64,000 nucleotides of DNA from Lama guanicoe (lineage: Eukaryota), in the NCBI GenBank assembly GCA_013239625.1, contig MU054391.1, forward strand, positions 3,873,130 to 3,937,129, read 5' to 3'. How positions within the stretch are numbered: position 1 is the stretch's first letter; each line of letters opens with the position of its first letter. Position numbers and translations under genes: made by a program. The notes below the pieces were generated by a model that was not told the DNA's origin, ran no database searches, and saw nothing but the letters and a program-made list of their open reading frames with translations. This document shows positions 13,611 through 26,407 of this stretch, one piece after another.

Positions 13611-13619
13611 AAGAGGTGA

Positions 13620-14320
13620 TGGACCCTCATATTTCCACCTCAGTCACTAGTGCTCCTTCCTGTAGTTCTGTGATTCATTTTGCAGTCATTTACCGTCAAC
13701 TGAAAGAATTCCCCTTAGTAGTGTTTGTAGTTACAGTCTGCTGACCACAAATTATTTGTCTGAAAATATCTTTATTTCTGATTTTTATTTTGCCTGTGCC
13801 TGTATGAGGCCTATTTTTGTTGGCTATAGGATAATGTAATTTCTTCTTTCTTTCCTGCACTTCTGTTATCTTTTGGTTTCCAAGTTTGCTACTGGAAAGT
13901 TTTATTGTTGCTCCTTTAAATGTAGTAGAACCTTTTTGTCTAGCTGTTTTCAAGTGTTTGACATGTGCTTAGTTTTGTTAACTGTAATTTTGTCTGTATT
14001 TTCCCGATTTGAGTTTGTTGAGCTTATTGGATCTGCGAGTTTATCTCTTTCATCAGTTTTGGAAAACCAGTGGGTATCTCTTCAACTATTTTTTGTTTTA
14101 TTCTTTTCCCTTTCTTTGTCTTGGATTCCAGTTACACATAAACCAGGTGATCTAACTCTGCATCCCACCTCTTATGCCCCCCTCTATTGATTTCATTACT
14201 TTTTCTCTCTGTGCTCTGCAGAATCTTTCCTTCTTTTTGATGTGCTGTGTGAATTGGGACTATTGGGATATTGGCAGTGAAGTTTTATCTTTCTAACCTG
14301 AAGACGCCACAAATATTTTG
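13620..14320 (-). mobile_element. LINE-1 ORF1-region fragment
   Basis: Minus-strand ORF 13696-13953 (KTARQKGSTTFKGATIKLSS) resembles the L1 ORF1p C-terminal region; T-rich plus strand. Confidence 0.75.
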
Positions 14321-14539
14321 GAAGTTGAGTTCTTTCTTGCACTGATATAAAAACCAAAGTTGTCAACTTCCTTACACAAAAAAAAGTTGCCATATGTTTG
14401 AAATTGCCGTAATACAGGCAAATTGAGCCATGTGTAGACAGTGTCTAGACGTTGGGTTGTCATCTACCATAAATTATATGTTTTGGTAGCACTACATGTG
14501 ATTGAATTTTCATTTAAACTTGAATTGGTACTTGTCTCC

Positions 14540-14746
14540 TAAATTACTGTTTAAAAGTTGACAATATGATGCAGTGTTGAAAAGAAAGGTTATTTGTATT
14601 TAAGAGATTTGCAAATATTAACTACTATATATTAAAATGGATAAAAAAGGAAATTTCTTTTGTATAGCACAGGGAACTATATTCAATATCTTGTAATAAC
14701 CTTTAATGAAAAAGAATATGAAAACAAATATATATGTATATATATA

Positions 14747-14777
<31 letters not shown>

Positions 14778-14940
14778 GGGTATATGTATATATATACGTG
14801 ACTGGGACATTATGCTGTACACCAGAAACTGACACATTGTAACTAAGTATATTTCAATAATTTAAAGAAACTGAAAAAAAGAGATTACAGGATTACAAAC
14901 TATATGGTAATAGCAGGCAGTTCTGCAAGAAACAATAAAT
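14540..14940 (+). mobile_element. Possible pogo/Tigger-type DNA transposon remnant split by an L1 insertion
   Basis: Joining across the L1 gives YDAVLKRKVICIKRLQDYKLYGNSRQF, reminiscent of the N-terminal DNA-binding segment of pogo-like transposases; by-eye similarity only. Confidence 0.3.
14602..14886 (+). mobile_element. Relatively young 5'-truncated LINE-1 3' end with internal (TA)/(TG) microsatellite
   Basis: TGTATAGCACAGGGAACTATATTCAATATCTTGTAATAACC...GCTGTACACCAGAAACTGACACATTGTAAC; candidate TSD AAGAGATT at 14602-14609 and 14879-14886. Confidence 0.92.
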
Positions 14941-15459
14941 ATTAAAATTTGCATACATAATAAATATGTAAATTCGAAGGTAAGAGATACTGATAAGCTT
15001 TCTATGGGAATATTATACAGATGGGGAATTACTGAACCTCAAACCCTTCTGAAGATAAGTTCTTTGACTTTGAAAAATAAGATGATCATTTTAACCAAAC
15101 CATAAATTCAAACAAGATCCTATAATTCTTCTAAATAGTTAAAATTATATCATGGATGTTAGAGATTAAAGGATTGCTGTCACCCACACAGGTTGTTAAA
15201 AATGCACTGTTATCATCTTAATAGTTTATGAAACCAGCTAGGACCATTATGGACGTGGAAGACTGTTTGAAGCAGACTTGCATAAGAATTAAATCCCCAC
15301 TTTGAGCGCAATTCTGAAGAAGAAATTATCGTGTCAATGGAATCCCTTGGCTTTTATAACAAAACCTGATCTAATTTCCCTTCAATCACTGCCCACTGTT
15401 TCTGTTGTGGGTACATCACCTTTAATTGACACGCCACATTATCCATTTGCCCAAGACTC

Positions 15460-16530
15460 CATCCCAAACCCTCTCCTCTTCCCCGTCTAACTTTTCCTTA
15501 AGCACCATATCTCTGCCTTTATTACCACATCTTAGATGATGTCACATTGTGTGCTATGCCCAGATTTCTCCTGTGAGCATCTGTTCTAAGTACCCAAATG
15601 ACAATTTGGTGTCTCCATCTGGTATTTCAGAGGCAGCTCAAGTTCACTATTTTAAAATTTAATCCCATGGTGTGTTTGCTTCAAACTGTGTTGATTGCTC
15701 CACAGAAAGGTACCTACTGTCTTTTATGAAAGCCAGAATCCCCTACATCATGAGGCAGATCCAGCTTGTGACCTGTTTTGTATGGTTCATGAGCTAAGAG
15801 TTAGCCAAATGTTTTTAGCACGGTTCCTAAAAATAAGATGCAGAGTAAAATAAACCAAGAAGAACAGTATCAACAGAGTCCACGTGTGGCTTTCAAAACC
15901 TAAAATGTAAAAATGTTTAGGGACTCTAGATTTAGACTGGTATTTGAAACTTTGATGTTTGTCTGTGTGCCAAACTAATACAAAAAAAACCCAATACAAA
16001 AATTTTCAATTTGCTGTTTGAATATTCCAGAGATCTGTTCAGTCCTGGTTTATCACCACCACACCACTACAGGTGGGAATCCGATGGTCTCGTCTCAAGT
16101 ATCACAGTGGGCTCCTAACTATGGTTTGTTTCCCTGAATCCATTCTGAGAGAGAGGAACTGTTGTCCTTTGCCTGTGGAAGCTTATTTGATCGCTTTGCA
16201 CTGGTCCTCAAATAAAGACCAAGTTCTTTGTGTGCTTATAAGACACACTAAGGTCACTCTAATTTTCGCTGCTCCAGCCACACTGGCCTCAGTTCAGTTT
16301 CCTAAACATGCCCTTCTTCCTGCCACTGGACCTTTGCACAGGTGTTCTTCTTGGGTCTGGAACAGCCTTCACCCCTTCCTCCTCCCTCCTCCTATGAAAT
16401 GCCACTGTTCCTTCAAATCTCACTTCTGTTCAAGGGTCTAAATCTATCCTCTCTGATCAGGCTGATTTTTATTACATATTCTCTTCTGTAGCACTTACAG
16501 CAGATAGAGTTATATATTTGTTTGATTCAT
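15460..16530 (+). mobile_element. LINE-2 fragment (interrupted by MER58; 3' end probably continues at 19760-19880)
   Basis: GCCCAGATTTCTCCTGTGAGC, GCTCCAGCCACACTGGCCTC...GGACCTTTGCACAGGTGTTCTTCTTGGGTCTGGAAC typical of L2. Confidence 0.7.
15750..15935 (+). mobile_element. MER58-like hAT-Charlie DNA transposon
   Basis: CCTGTTTTGTATGGTTCATGAGCTAAGA...AAGAAGAACAGTATCAACAGAGTCCACGTGTGGCTTTCAAAACCTAAAAT. Confidence 0.7.
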
Positions 16531-16539
16531 GGCTTAATT

Positions 16540-17770
16540 ATTTTTGCTTTTATTTTAAAATTTACACACAATAAAATTCACTTTTTGATGTTACAGTTCT
16601 ATGAGTCTTGATAAATTCAAAGAACTATGTAAACACCAGTGCAGAAAAATCACGGCAAGTTTCCAACACCCTAAAGTAAAACCTCTAATGCTGCCCCTCC
16701 CGCCCCACACTTCAGCCCTGGAAACCAGGGATCTACTCCGCAACTTCACAGTTTTGTGTTTTTCAGGATATCACATAAATGGAATGACATGGCGCATAGC
16801 ATTTTGAGTCTGGTTTCTCTCTCTTAACATAATGCATTTGAGTTATCCTTACTAATGCACGTATCAATAATTTGTTCATTTTTATTGCCTAGTAGTATTG
16901 ACATACCATATTTTATTTATCCATTCACCATTAAAGGTCATTTGAATTATTTCCATTTTTGGTGGATTATAACAGAGCTTCTATAAACCTTAGCATAAAA
17001 ATTCTAGTGTGAACTTAATCTTTCATTCCTCTTGGGTAAATGCTTACGAGCGCGATTAGTTGGTTGTAGAGTAAGTGTATGTTTAAATGTACGAGAAACT
17101 GGCAAACTGTTTTCCAGAGGGTTTTACCACTGTGCCTTCTTCCATTAATGCACGAGAGTTCTTGTCACCAAGACTTATTATTTGCAACTATTAGTATTGT
17201 TTTTTCAGCCATAGTGTGCAGTGGTAGCTCCTTGTGATTTGAACATGCATTTCTCTAATGCCAGACAAAGTTGAACATCTTTTCATGTGCTTACTTGCCT
17301 TCCACTTAACCTTCTTTGATGAAATGTCTGTGAAAATATTTTGCCCATTTTTAAAAATTGGCATGCTTGCTTTATAATTGTTGAGGTTTCTGAGTTCTGC
17401 ACATATTGTGAGGAAAATGGCCTTTGTCAGACATGCAAATATTATCTCCCACTCTACAGCGTGTCTATGTATTCTTTTAGCAATCTTTTTTGAGGAGAAG
17501 TTTAAAATTTAGATAAACTCCAACTTCTTTCTTCATAGATCATACTTAGTTAAGAAGGCTGTCTAAGCCCAGGTCATAATGGCTTCTCTCGGACGTTTCC
17601 TTCTGAGAGTTTTGTAACTGTGCATTTTACATTTAAATCTATGATCTGTTTTGAGTTAACTTTTGGATAAAGTACAGGTTGAACTTTGTTTTTTGCTTTT
17701 TGTTTCTGTTTGTCTGTCTTGCACGTGGAAGCACCACTGCAGCACTGTTTTTTTTAAAGGTGTGCTTAAT
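16540..17770 (-). mobile_element. Old LINE-1 (L1MB/MC-like) 3' end and ORF2 C-terminal remnant
   Basis: Reverse L1 3' end AAATTCACTTTTTGATGTTACAGTTCTATGAG; GAAACTGGCAAACTGTTTTCCAGAG; GTTGAACATCTTTTCATGTGCTTA. Confidence 0.85.
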
Positions 17771-17779
17771 GACTTCAGT

Positions 17780-19030
17780 TTTTAATTTAAGTTTCATTTT
17801 TATTGAAGCACTGTTAATTAGCACTGTCACATTTGATTCAGGTGTACAGCATAATGATTCAGTATTTTTACAGATTATGGTCCATTAAAAGTTATTTAAA
17901 TTAAGTGATTATGATGGCTGCAATCCCCTGTGCTGTTTCATGTACCTCTGTTGCTCATCTATTTCATACTTCGTAGCTGTATCTCTTTAATCCCTTATTC
18001 TTAACATGCCCCTCCCCGCTTCCCTCTCCCGACTGGTGACTGCTAGCTTGTTTTCTACATCAGTGAGTCTGTTTCTGCTTTGCTATATACATTTGTTTGT
18101 ATTATGTCTTAGGTTCCACATATACATGATCTCATACAGTATTTGTCTTTCTCTGTCTGGCTTATTTCACTAAGCATAATATACCCGAGGTCTAACCACA
18201 TTGCTGTGAATGGAAGAACTTCATTCTTTATGTGGCCGAATAATATTCTATTATATATATTCATATGTACATAATGTACATGTATCTATATTTATGGCTA
18301 TTAATATCATACATATCAAGTCTCCTTTATTCATTCATCTGTTGGTGGACATTTGGGTTGCTTCCATACTTTGGCTATTGTAAACAGCGCTGCTTTGAGC
18401 ATTGGAGCACATGCATCTTTTCAAATTATTGTGTTTGTTGTTTCTGGAGAGACACACACACACACCACATACCCAGGAGCAGAATTGCTGGATCCTATGG
18501 GAGTTCTATTTTTAGTTTTGGGGGAACTTCCATGCTGTTCTCCACAGTGGCTGCTCCAGCTTACATCCCCGCCAGCAGTGTAGGAGGGCTCCCTTTTCTC
18601 CACATCCTCTCCAGCATCTATGACTTACAGACTTTTTAATGACGGCCATTCTGACAGATGGGAGGTGATATGTCACAGTTGTACAGATGTGTATTTCTCT
18701 AACAACTAGCAATATTGAGCATTTTTTCACGTGCCTATTGGCCATACGTATGCCTTCTTTGGAAAAATGTCTGTTCAGGTCTTCTGCCCATTTTTTGATT
18801 GGATTGTTTGTTTTTTTGTTATTGAATTCTATGAGCTGTTTATATATTTTGGATGTATTAACCCCTTGTCAGTCACATCATTTGCAATATTCTCTCCCAT
18901 TCTGTAGGTTGTCTTTTTGTTTTGTCAAAGGTTTCCTTTGCTGTGAAAAAGCTTTTAAGTTTAATTAGGTCTCATTTATTTATTTTTGGTTTTGTTTCTT
19001 TTTCCTTAGGAGACAGATCCAAAAAATATT
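17780..19030 (-). mobile_element. Younger LINE-1 3' UTR plus ORF2 C-terminus, nested in the older L1
   Basis: Minus ORFs 18512-18745 ([10 protein letters not shown]...[16 protein letters not shown]) and 18421-18603 match the L1 ORF2p C-terminal Cys-rich region; 3' UTR CAGGTGTACAGCATAATGATTCAG. Confidence 0.92.
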
Positions 19031-19740
19031 GAAATAAGTTGGGCAGTATTTCCTCCTCTGTTTTTTTGGAAAAGATTGTATAGAATTGTAGAATTTCTTT
19101 ACTAAATGTTTGGTAGGACTTTCTAGTGAAACCACCTGGGCCTGGAGTTTTCGCTGTCGGCAGGTTTTTAACTACGATGTAGCTTATTTGTTTGGTATGG
19201 GAAGAACCATATTACCTGTTTCGTCAGTGAGGTTTGATAATTTGTGACACTCAAAGAATTGTTCCATTTCCTCTATATTGTTGAATTGAAGAGCACAGAA
19301 TGGTTCATAGAATTCCGTTATTATTCTTTAAGTCTTAAGGGTCCCTGGTTATATTCCCTGTGTGATTTTTGAATTAGGCGGTTTGTCTTCTCTTTTTCCG
19401 TGGGCAGTTTGGGTAGCACTTTATCAATTTTATTGAACTTTACAAAGAATGAACTTTTGATTTTATCGATTTTTCTCTCTACTCTTTTTGCAGCCAGTGA
19501 CTGCTGCATAGCTCTGCAATTTGGTTCACCCCGGGGAAGACAAAGAGGGGAAAAATCCATGAAAATCACTCTGGCTGTAAGTTGTTACTAAGTTTTACTT
19601 CAGTTCTCAATTCACCTGATTTTACTTACTTCTCAGAGGACTCAAGTAACTTGTTTGTCGTATTCTGCTCAGTTTCAGCCATAATCAGTGGAAGAGACAC
19701 CCGTAGTCTGCTTAGTCCCTCCAGGCTGGCAGTGGGAACC
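19030..19740 (-). mobile_element. LINE-1 ORF2 fragment and probable 5' UTR remnant
   Basis: CTAGTGAAACCACCTGGGCCTGGAG; ORF 19321-19569 fragment IDKIKSSFFVKFNKIDKVL resembles L1 ORF2p (INETKSWFFEKINKIDKPL). Confidence 0.75.
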
Positions 19741-19759
19741 TCTGTGTTGCTGTTAAAGT

Positions 19760-19880
19760 CTCTTTCATCTGTACTGTGAGTTCCCTAAAGGCAGAAAGCT
19801 TGCATTTTTTTCCCCTGTTAGTCTATCCTCTGTGTTTAGCAATGCTGGTACCTCAACGCATGGTATTACAGGTAGCTAAA
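19760..19880 (+). mobile_element. LINE-2 3' end
   Basis: CTGTGAGTTCCCTAAAGGCAGAAAGC...GGTAGCTAAAT, the L2 terminal motif. Confidence 0.55.
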
Positions 19881-19984
19881 TCCCTCTTTTTCAATATATA
19901 TTTAAAGCAGGAATCCTGGTTTCCCACAAAGGTTGTAACTACCTTGATTTTAAACCTTATAAGATGGAATCTTAGAATCAAAGA

Positions 19985-20275
19985 TGTATTAGTTTTCTGT
20001 TGCTCCATAACAAATCACTGCCAGCGTACATATTCCCTGCAGTTTCTGAGGGTCAGGAGCTCAGGCAGGCTCAGCTGAGTGGTCTCTGCGAGTCCCACCA
20101 GCCTGTGACTGAGGTGTCGGCTGGGCTGGGCTCTTATCTGAAGGATCGTCAGGGAAGAACCCATCTCCAAGCTCATTCAGGTTGTTGGGAGAATTTACTT
20201 CCTAGGGTTATATGACTGAGGTCCTCAGATTCTCGCTGGCTGCCCTTAGGTCTTTGCGTCATTGGGTCTCCCAGA
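19985..20275 (-). mobile_element. ERVL-MaLR LTR fragment (MLT1-type)
   Basis: Begins TGTATTAGTTTTCTGTTGCTCCATAACAAAT; CAGTTTCTGAGGGTCAGGAG; CCAAGCTCATTCAGGTTGTTGG. Confidence 0.8.
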
Positions 20276-21599
20276 ACAAGAATCCGTTTTATGACAGGAT
20301 GCAGTGAATTAATCCATTCAACTCTAACCTTGCTGAAACTGCTTCCATTGATTCCCTATGATACACTGCATTTTCTATTAAAGATCACATTGGATGTGCT
20401 CAACTTACTGAAAATTACTTGCCATTTTGACATCATCATCATCAGTTGGGGAAACTGTAGAAAGCCAAACAGACAGTCATAGTTCAGGTTTATTAATTCT
20501 GAGGTCAAAGCATAATTTTTCTCCATTTCACTTTATTTATAGCATTCAGAACTTTGAAGTCCTATTCATATATTATCTATACAATACTGTGTTTTCTGAA
20601 GGTTCCCTACCACCTAAATGATAAATGCTCCCTCATGGAAGGCCTCCGTTCCTGAATTTATGTTTAATTTCTTCTAGTTCAGGTCATATTTTCTATAGAT
20701 GCTCCTAAATGCTTTTCCTAAATGCAGCAGCACCATCTTTAAATGTTGGACCTCAGCATCTTCAGGATTGATTCCCTTCCCTTGATAAGATATGGGGTTT
20801 AAAGTCTCCAGGGAGACCAGGGTTGGTGTGCTTCTTTCCTGTCATTGTGGGTTGAAGTAGGGTTGGATTCTGTAAGAATGTCCAAGGTCAAATGAGAAAC
20901 AATGGGTCTGAAATTTGCGGTGATTATAGGGATGAGATGAAGAAGGAGTCAAGCTGCAGGGTCTAGAAGGTGATGGTGAGTGCAAGGATGGGAAAGCAAG
21001 TCACAGTTGCGTAGATGGGGAGGACCAGGCACACTGGAGGTCAGCCCATGCTAATGGGCCAGAAAAAGGCACAGAAGCATAGTGTAGAATCTTCTTAGCT
21101 TGCTACATAGGTCTCCTTGACACTTGGCCTTCCCTACTGGTTCTTCCCATCTCCTGATCTGATCCTTTCTGGCCACATTGGGTATCTAACCACTCCCTTA
21201 ACGTAAAATTCGGTGTGTGCCTCCTGGTCTTTGTACATGTTATTTGTAGATGCATTACTAATATAACCTTCTTTACTTAAAATTGCTGGACATCATAATC
21301 ACCTCTAAAATGAGAGTTGGAGATTATCTTCTCTGAGAAGCATTTGGTCCCTCCTCGTCCTGCACAGTCATCATCAAAGCAGAGACCCACTGTAAGGTCT
21401 CACCTGCACAGTGTGAGAGCCCTGCTCATTGAGGACAGACATAGTAGGTTCTTTGAATGTTTAGTTTTTTATTCATCTCAAGTCCAGGGTTCTCAGGAGA
21501 AGTGAGTGCTGTGGAAGGCTAAGTGCCTCAGTTTTTGGTTCAAGAAACTGACTAACTGACAAGCAGACATATCCACAAATGGATAGTGTATGGCAAGAA

Positions 21600-22520
21600 A
21601 TGAAATTGCCATTTTCATAGTACTTTATAAGCCACAATCATTACCTCTTTGCTACTCACAAGACATATGGGTCAAATAATATTGCCATCACTTCACAAAT
21701 GAGAAAACTGATATACAAATGGGTTAAGAATCCTTTTCAAGGGACACAATTATTGTGCAACAGTCATAATTATGAATTTAATTTTAGCTTTTCCACAGCA
21801 AATGTTAGGCATCTTCCCCTAACTCATGATGTCTTTGAACAAAATGAGGGATGAAAATGACTTGTGTGGGTGTTTCTGAGGAAGGAATGCTTGCTTTTGC
21901 TGTGCTGGTTCAGGAGGACTCTACGGAGAATGTACTCACTGAGATACCCCTGGAAGCATAGAAAAGAAACTGATCAATGAAGTAAAAGTGAGACACCAGT
22001 TTATAAAGTGAGGAAAGAGTGAACATGTTGCATTTGGGGCATAAAGTTTCTGATGGGATAATTTCAGAAAGCTTTAAGTGCTTGCTGGAGTTTCACTTGA
22101 TCTTGAAGACAACAAAAATATTAATGGCTTTGGAGCAAGAAAATAAAATGATGAGTGTGGTACGTTCAAGGTCCTGAGTTAGAGGTGATAAATGGGATGA
22201 ACTGTTGACGGTTCTTAGGGCAAGATACCCAGATGAACACATCCAATCATGATCACCTCTGACAAACAGAGTGCGTTGCTAGTAAAACTGTATTTAGAAA
22301 AATGGTCATATTATATTCAGAGAAATCTTAATCCATCTTTGGTATTTGGCAAGAGATAATAATATTTGTGCAAGAGAAAATGTGGTTTGGTGTTCTTGAC
22401 AAATCACCACAGACAATGTTTGAGCACCTAGTATATCCCCAGCATTGTCCCAGTGGCAGAAGATGCCACAATGAACAATAAAAATCCTTCATGAAGCTTG
22501 TATTCTAACAATAAATGTGC
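21600..22520 (-). mobile_element. Degenerate MIR and L2 fragments
   Basis: CACAAATGAGAAAACTGA (MIR core, ~21695); TTTGAGCACCTAGTATATCCCCAGCATTGTCC...ACAATGAACAA (reverse L2 3' end, ~22420). Confidence 0.5.
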
Positions 22521-24059
22521 TCCCAATACAGATATTGGACACTTAATAACAAATAATCATTCTTTTTTGGAGGGAGGGAGAGGGGTGGATGGTGCAAAGG
22601 ACAAAAAGAGAAGCTGGCTGTGAAAAGAAAATGCCTTATTTGGCCTTATTTTAGCTGAACTGGGATGAAGCTAGACAACACTTTATATCTGAAATGGCTT
22701 GAAGAAATTCAATTGAATGAAAAACAAAATCTTGTGCCTGTGGGCAGCTGGATGAAAAGTTTGAAGCTTTGCTGTTGTTGAGAACACTGGTCATTCTCAT
22801 CAAGCTATTCAAAATATTCTGGTCTCCCAAGGCAATGCCCAAGCAGGATGCAGGTACTGGGGCACATTTTTTTTTCTAAATTTAAAATAAATCCAGAGGA
22901 TTTTGTGCCAAATAATCACCAGCTGCTGTGAGATCAATGTGTGTGGAATTATTAACAGGAAGCAAATTACTAACTACAACCTACGGAGAAAATTTGTCTC
23001 AGGCAAGAACTTTCTTTGAAGGATTGCACCCAGCGTGAAAACATTTAATTTCCCCACAGTCACTCCACAGGGACCCACCAAGGGCACCATTGGTAATAAA
23101 CAAGAAGATGCTGGCTGCAAAGCTTTGGAATCGCTAACCTGAAATACAGAGAGGAAAGTGTAGCAGAGGAAAAGTGCATTCCATCAACAATACCATCAAG
23201 TCTTCGTAGAAAAACTCTCGATTAGTGAACGGGTCCCTGTATGTGACTCCGAGACCTTGTGTTTGGAATGTCCTCAATAAATATTTTCTGTTATTGGTTG
23301 GATGAAACATACCTTTACACTCATGAGATGTTAGTCCTGCGAGAGACCATTGGGGCCATCTGAATGAACTTCGTTTTTGTTTTTTTTTTTTTAATCCAGA
23401 GACATATGACCTTGGTCCCAAACCAGTTAGAGGCCTAAGGGGGAACCAGGATATGTATCTCCATAGAAGGGTCCATTGTTCAATCTACTTTATCAAAAGG
23501 AGTATAAGAACCCTGTTGATATCCCCAATCAATCTTTAATGAATAAGAAAATTAGAACATAAAATCACAAAATGCCTACAAAAGAGCAAGGAGAAGGACA
23601 GGCTGCATGCATATCCACGGTCCTTTTCTGATGTCTCCCTGATTCTGTGATTTATGTGAACCATGTTATGGAATCATCAGGTCATAATTGGAGAGCCACT
23701 GAGAAAGAGGATGAATACTCAGCCCTAAGTTGTCTCAGGCACCTCTGCCGCTGCTGAGAGAGTTCACTCTGGCACACAGCCTGCAGAGCAGGGGCCAGAA
23801 CTAGCCTTCTGACTTCAGTGGAGGAAGGCAGCACCATAGGAAAGGGCAAGAGCTACAGACTCGGGTTCACCTTGTGGTTCTACAGTTTACTAACTGCTTA
23901 ATCTTAAGCACAGATTCCTTAATATTTGAGCTGCTTTGTCCGAATTGAAAAAAATGCCTTTAAGGAGCTCACATTCTAGATTAGAGAGACAGATAAGAGA
24001 TAGATAAATATACAGACAATCACAAAACCAAATGCCAAATCCAACATTAGAGCTATATT

Positions 24060-24715
24060 TAGGAGACCATGACCGTGTCGGTGATACCAAATAACTAAAT
24101 TAAAAGTTACAGCTAAGAATCTGACAAAGGAGACTGAATGAAATCGTAACAAATTCAATGAATTCAAAAGAACTCAGAAGAGAAATGAAGAACAGACAAA
24201 ACATACAGGAAACAAGCATCAAGATGACAGACAAACCGAATGGTAGCAAAAATCTCTTTAAGTGCAAATGGTCTAAACTACCAAGTTAAAAGACAGAGAT
24301 TGTCATACTGGATTAGAACACAAGACCCAAGTAGACACCACAGTACTTTCAGTACTTTACTAGGCTTTAAAAATAAAGACACTAATATATCAAAACTACA
24401 AGTTTGGGAATAATTATCAAATAAAACTGGGGTGACCATATTATCAGTTAAATTATATTGTAGAAGATAAAAGTGTCCCCAGAGATAAAGAACTTTTAGG
24501 AATGATAACGGACTGAATTAAGCAAGAGGACATAGCAATTGTAAGGGTGAATTCATGTCATAATGAGGCTTCAGAAACATTTAGAAAAACGGAAAGCATT
24601 GCAAGGAGAAAGAGTCTAAGTGAACAATTACACTTGGAGGTTTTGATTCCTCGCTAAAAAAGCTGACGGAAAAAGGAGACACAGAGTCAGCAGGAATATA
24701 TTCATCGTCCTAAAT
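24060..24715 (+). mobile_element. LINE-1 ORF2 endonuclease-region fragment
   Basis: GCAAATGGTCTAAACTACCAAGTTAAAAGACAGAGATTGTCATACTGGATTAG (NGLN-x-x-KRQRL-x-x-WI, the L1 EN N-terminal motif). Confidence 0.75.
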
Positions 24716-25359
24716 ATCTGATTTTGTGGAAGAAATCACATGGATATTGGGATGTTCTAGATCAGCTGACGTTCACCTTCACCTTGGAGGCGTGAGAATA
24801 ATTTGTCTCCTCTCCTGGTTCCGGCGCAGAGCATTTGTGGAGGACACGTACTAAGAGGGCGTATTTGGAAGCAAGACTTCCCAGGAGCACGTGAGGTTCA
24901 CTGGCATGTGAAGTGGCCCTGGGATTGCGTTCTGCTCTCACACAAAGAACCTGTCGCTAATTAAAGATTTAAGAAATACTGCTGGATGAATAACATCAGC
25001 CCAGTTGGCATTTCAAGAAACCTCTGGTGCGTCTTGAGGCAGACGGTGATTCTGCGTGAGTTATCAGCCAGGCGGGGGTCTGGAATGATTGGCCCAACAC
25101 ACTTCAGGTGGAGAAGTTCCTTCGAGGACTGGGGACCTGGTGCCAGGTAGAGGCTCCTCTTGTCTTCCAGAATGTTTTTGTTAGGTTTAGTAACTTAGGA
25201 GAAGAGAGATTTTTATTCCTTAAGCTTCATGGAGATTTCTGTTTGGTTGCCTCGCCACTTTATAGGAGGACTCAGCGATCACAGTAGTTCGATGTGTGCT
25301 TTAAGTCCTGCTGTGTCAAGAGCACCATGCTAGATTTGTAGGGGACGCCGTGGTGGAGA

Positions 25360-25540
25360 ATTTCCCAGAATGCGTTCCTCAGAACCAAAGTCCATTAGCG
25401 AAATGGTGGGTAAAGTATTAAAAAGGAAAAAAGGTGGATTTGTAGCCAAATAAAATCAAGAACTATTGGTTCAACAATTAAGGTTTTGATTTTTTTTTTA
25501 AATTTAAGGTTGCAGAAGTTATCAGAATCTATAATAATTT
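25360..25540 (+). mobile_element. MER103-like hAT DNA transposon remnant
   Basis: TTTCCCAGAATGCGTTCCTCAGAAC...GCCAAATAAA...TTGCAGAAGTTATCAGAATCTATAATA; by-eye similarity. Confidence 0.4.
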
Positions 25541-26047
25541 AGGAAGTAAAATAAGTGTCCTTCCAGCCGGGGGTGAACTGACTTTATCACCAGATTCCCC
25601 GAGTATGCCTTTGGGACTGTGTCTGTCTGACCAGCTGGCAGAGGGGAGGAGTGGAGCAGACCTCCTGTCCTCCGCTCGGGTCGGAGTCTGGGACCTGCAG
25701 CTTGGCTGACCTTGTGGTTTGGGGAACCTGCAATAGCATCAGCTCAGCACAGGTGGGTTCACAATGATGTGACCTGAAGCTTCGACAGTTTGAGCAGCCT
25801 TTGTTGAGAAAAATTTGCAAGATTATAAATACATTAGGAATGCATGTTTAGAACGAAAACATACATCATGACAACGTGCTAGGACATTAGGGATTTCGGT
25901 CTCAATTTTCTTCTTCTTTGAGCTGTCTTTGGGCAGCTGAGCTGCTGTCCTTCCATGGAGATGCTTTGCTCTTGCAAAGCCGTCTCCCACCCCACACACT
26001 TGAGGATATTCCCAGCAGCTCTGAGCGCTCATGGAAGGGAGAAGGGC

Positions 26048-26407
26048 GTCGTGGCCAGCCTGGGCTGCTGGGACCAAACACCAGAGACCAGGTGGCTTAC
26101 ACACAGCAGATCCTCACTTGCCACAGACCTGGAGGTTGACAAGTCCAAGATCAAGGTGTGGACACAGCGGGAGTCTGGTGAGAGCCTGCTTCCTGGTTCC
26201 CAGGTGGCTGTCTTCCCCCCATGTCCCCACATGAAGAAGGAGTGAAAGGCACTACCCGGGGTGGCTTTACAAGGTGCTGACCCCATTCATGGAGGCTCCA
26301 CCCTCAAGATCTAACCACCCAAAGGCCCCACCTCCTAATACCGTCTCCTTGGGGACTAGGTCTCCACGCAAGGAGTTTAGAGGGATGCAAACATTCAGAC
26401 CATAGCA
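26048..26407 (-). mobile_element. ERVL-MaLR solo LTR (MLT1A-type)
   Basis: AAGTCCAAGATCAAGGTG...GTCTGGTGAGAGCCTGCTTCCTGGTTC...CCCAAAGGCCCCACCTCCTAATACC...AAACATTCAGACCATAGCA terminus. Confidence 0.9.
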
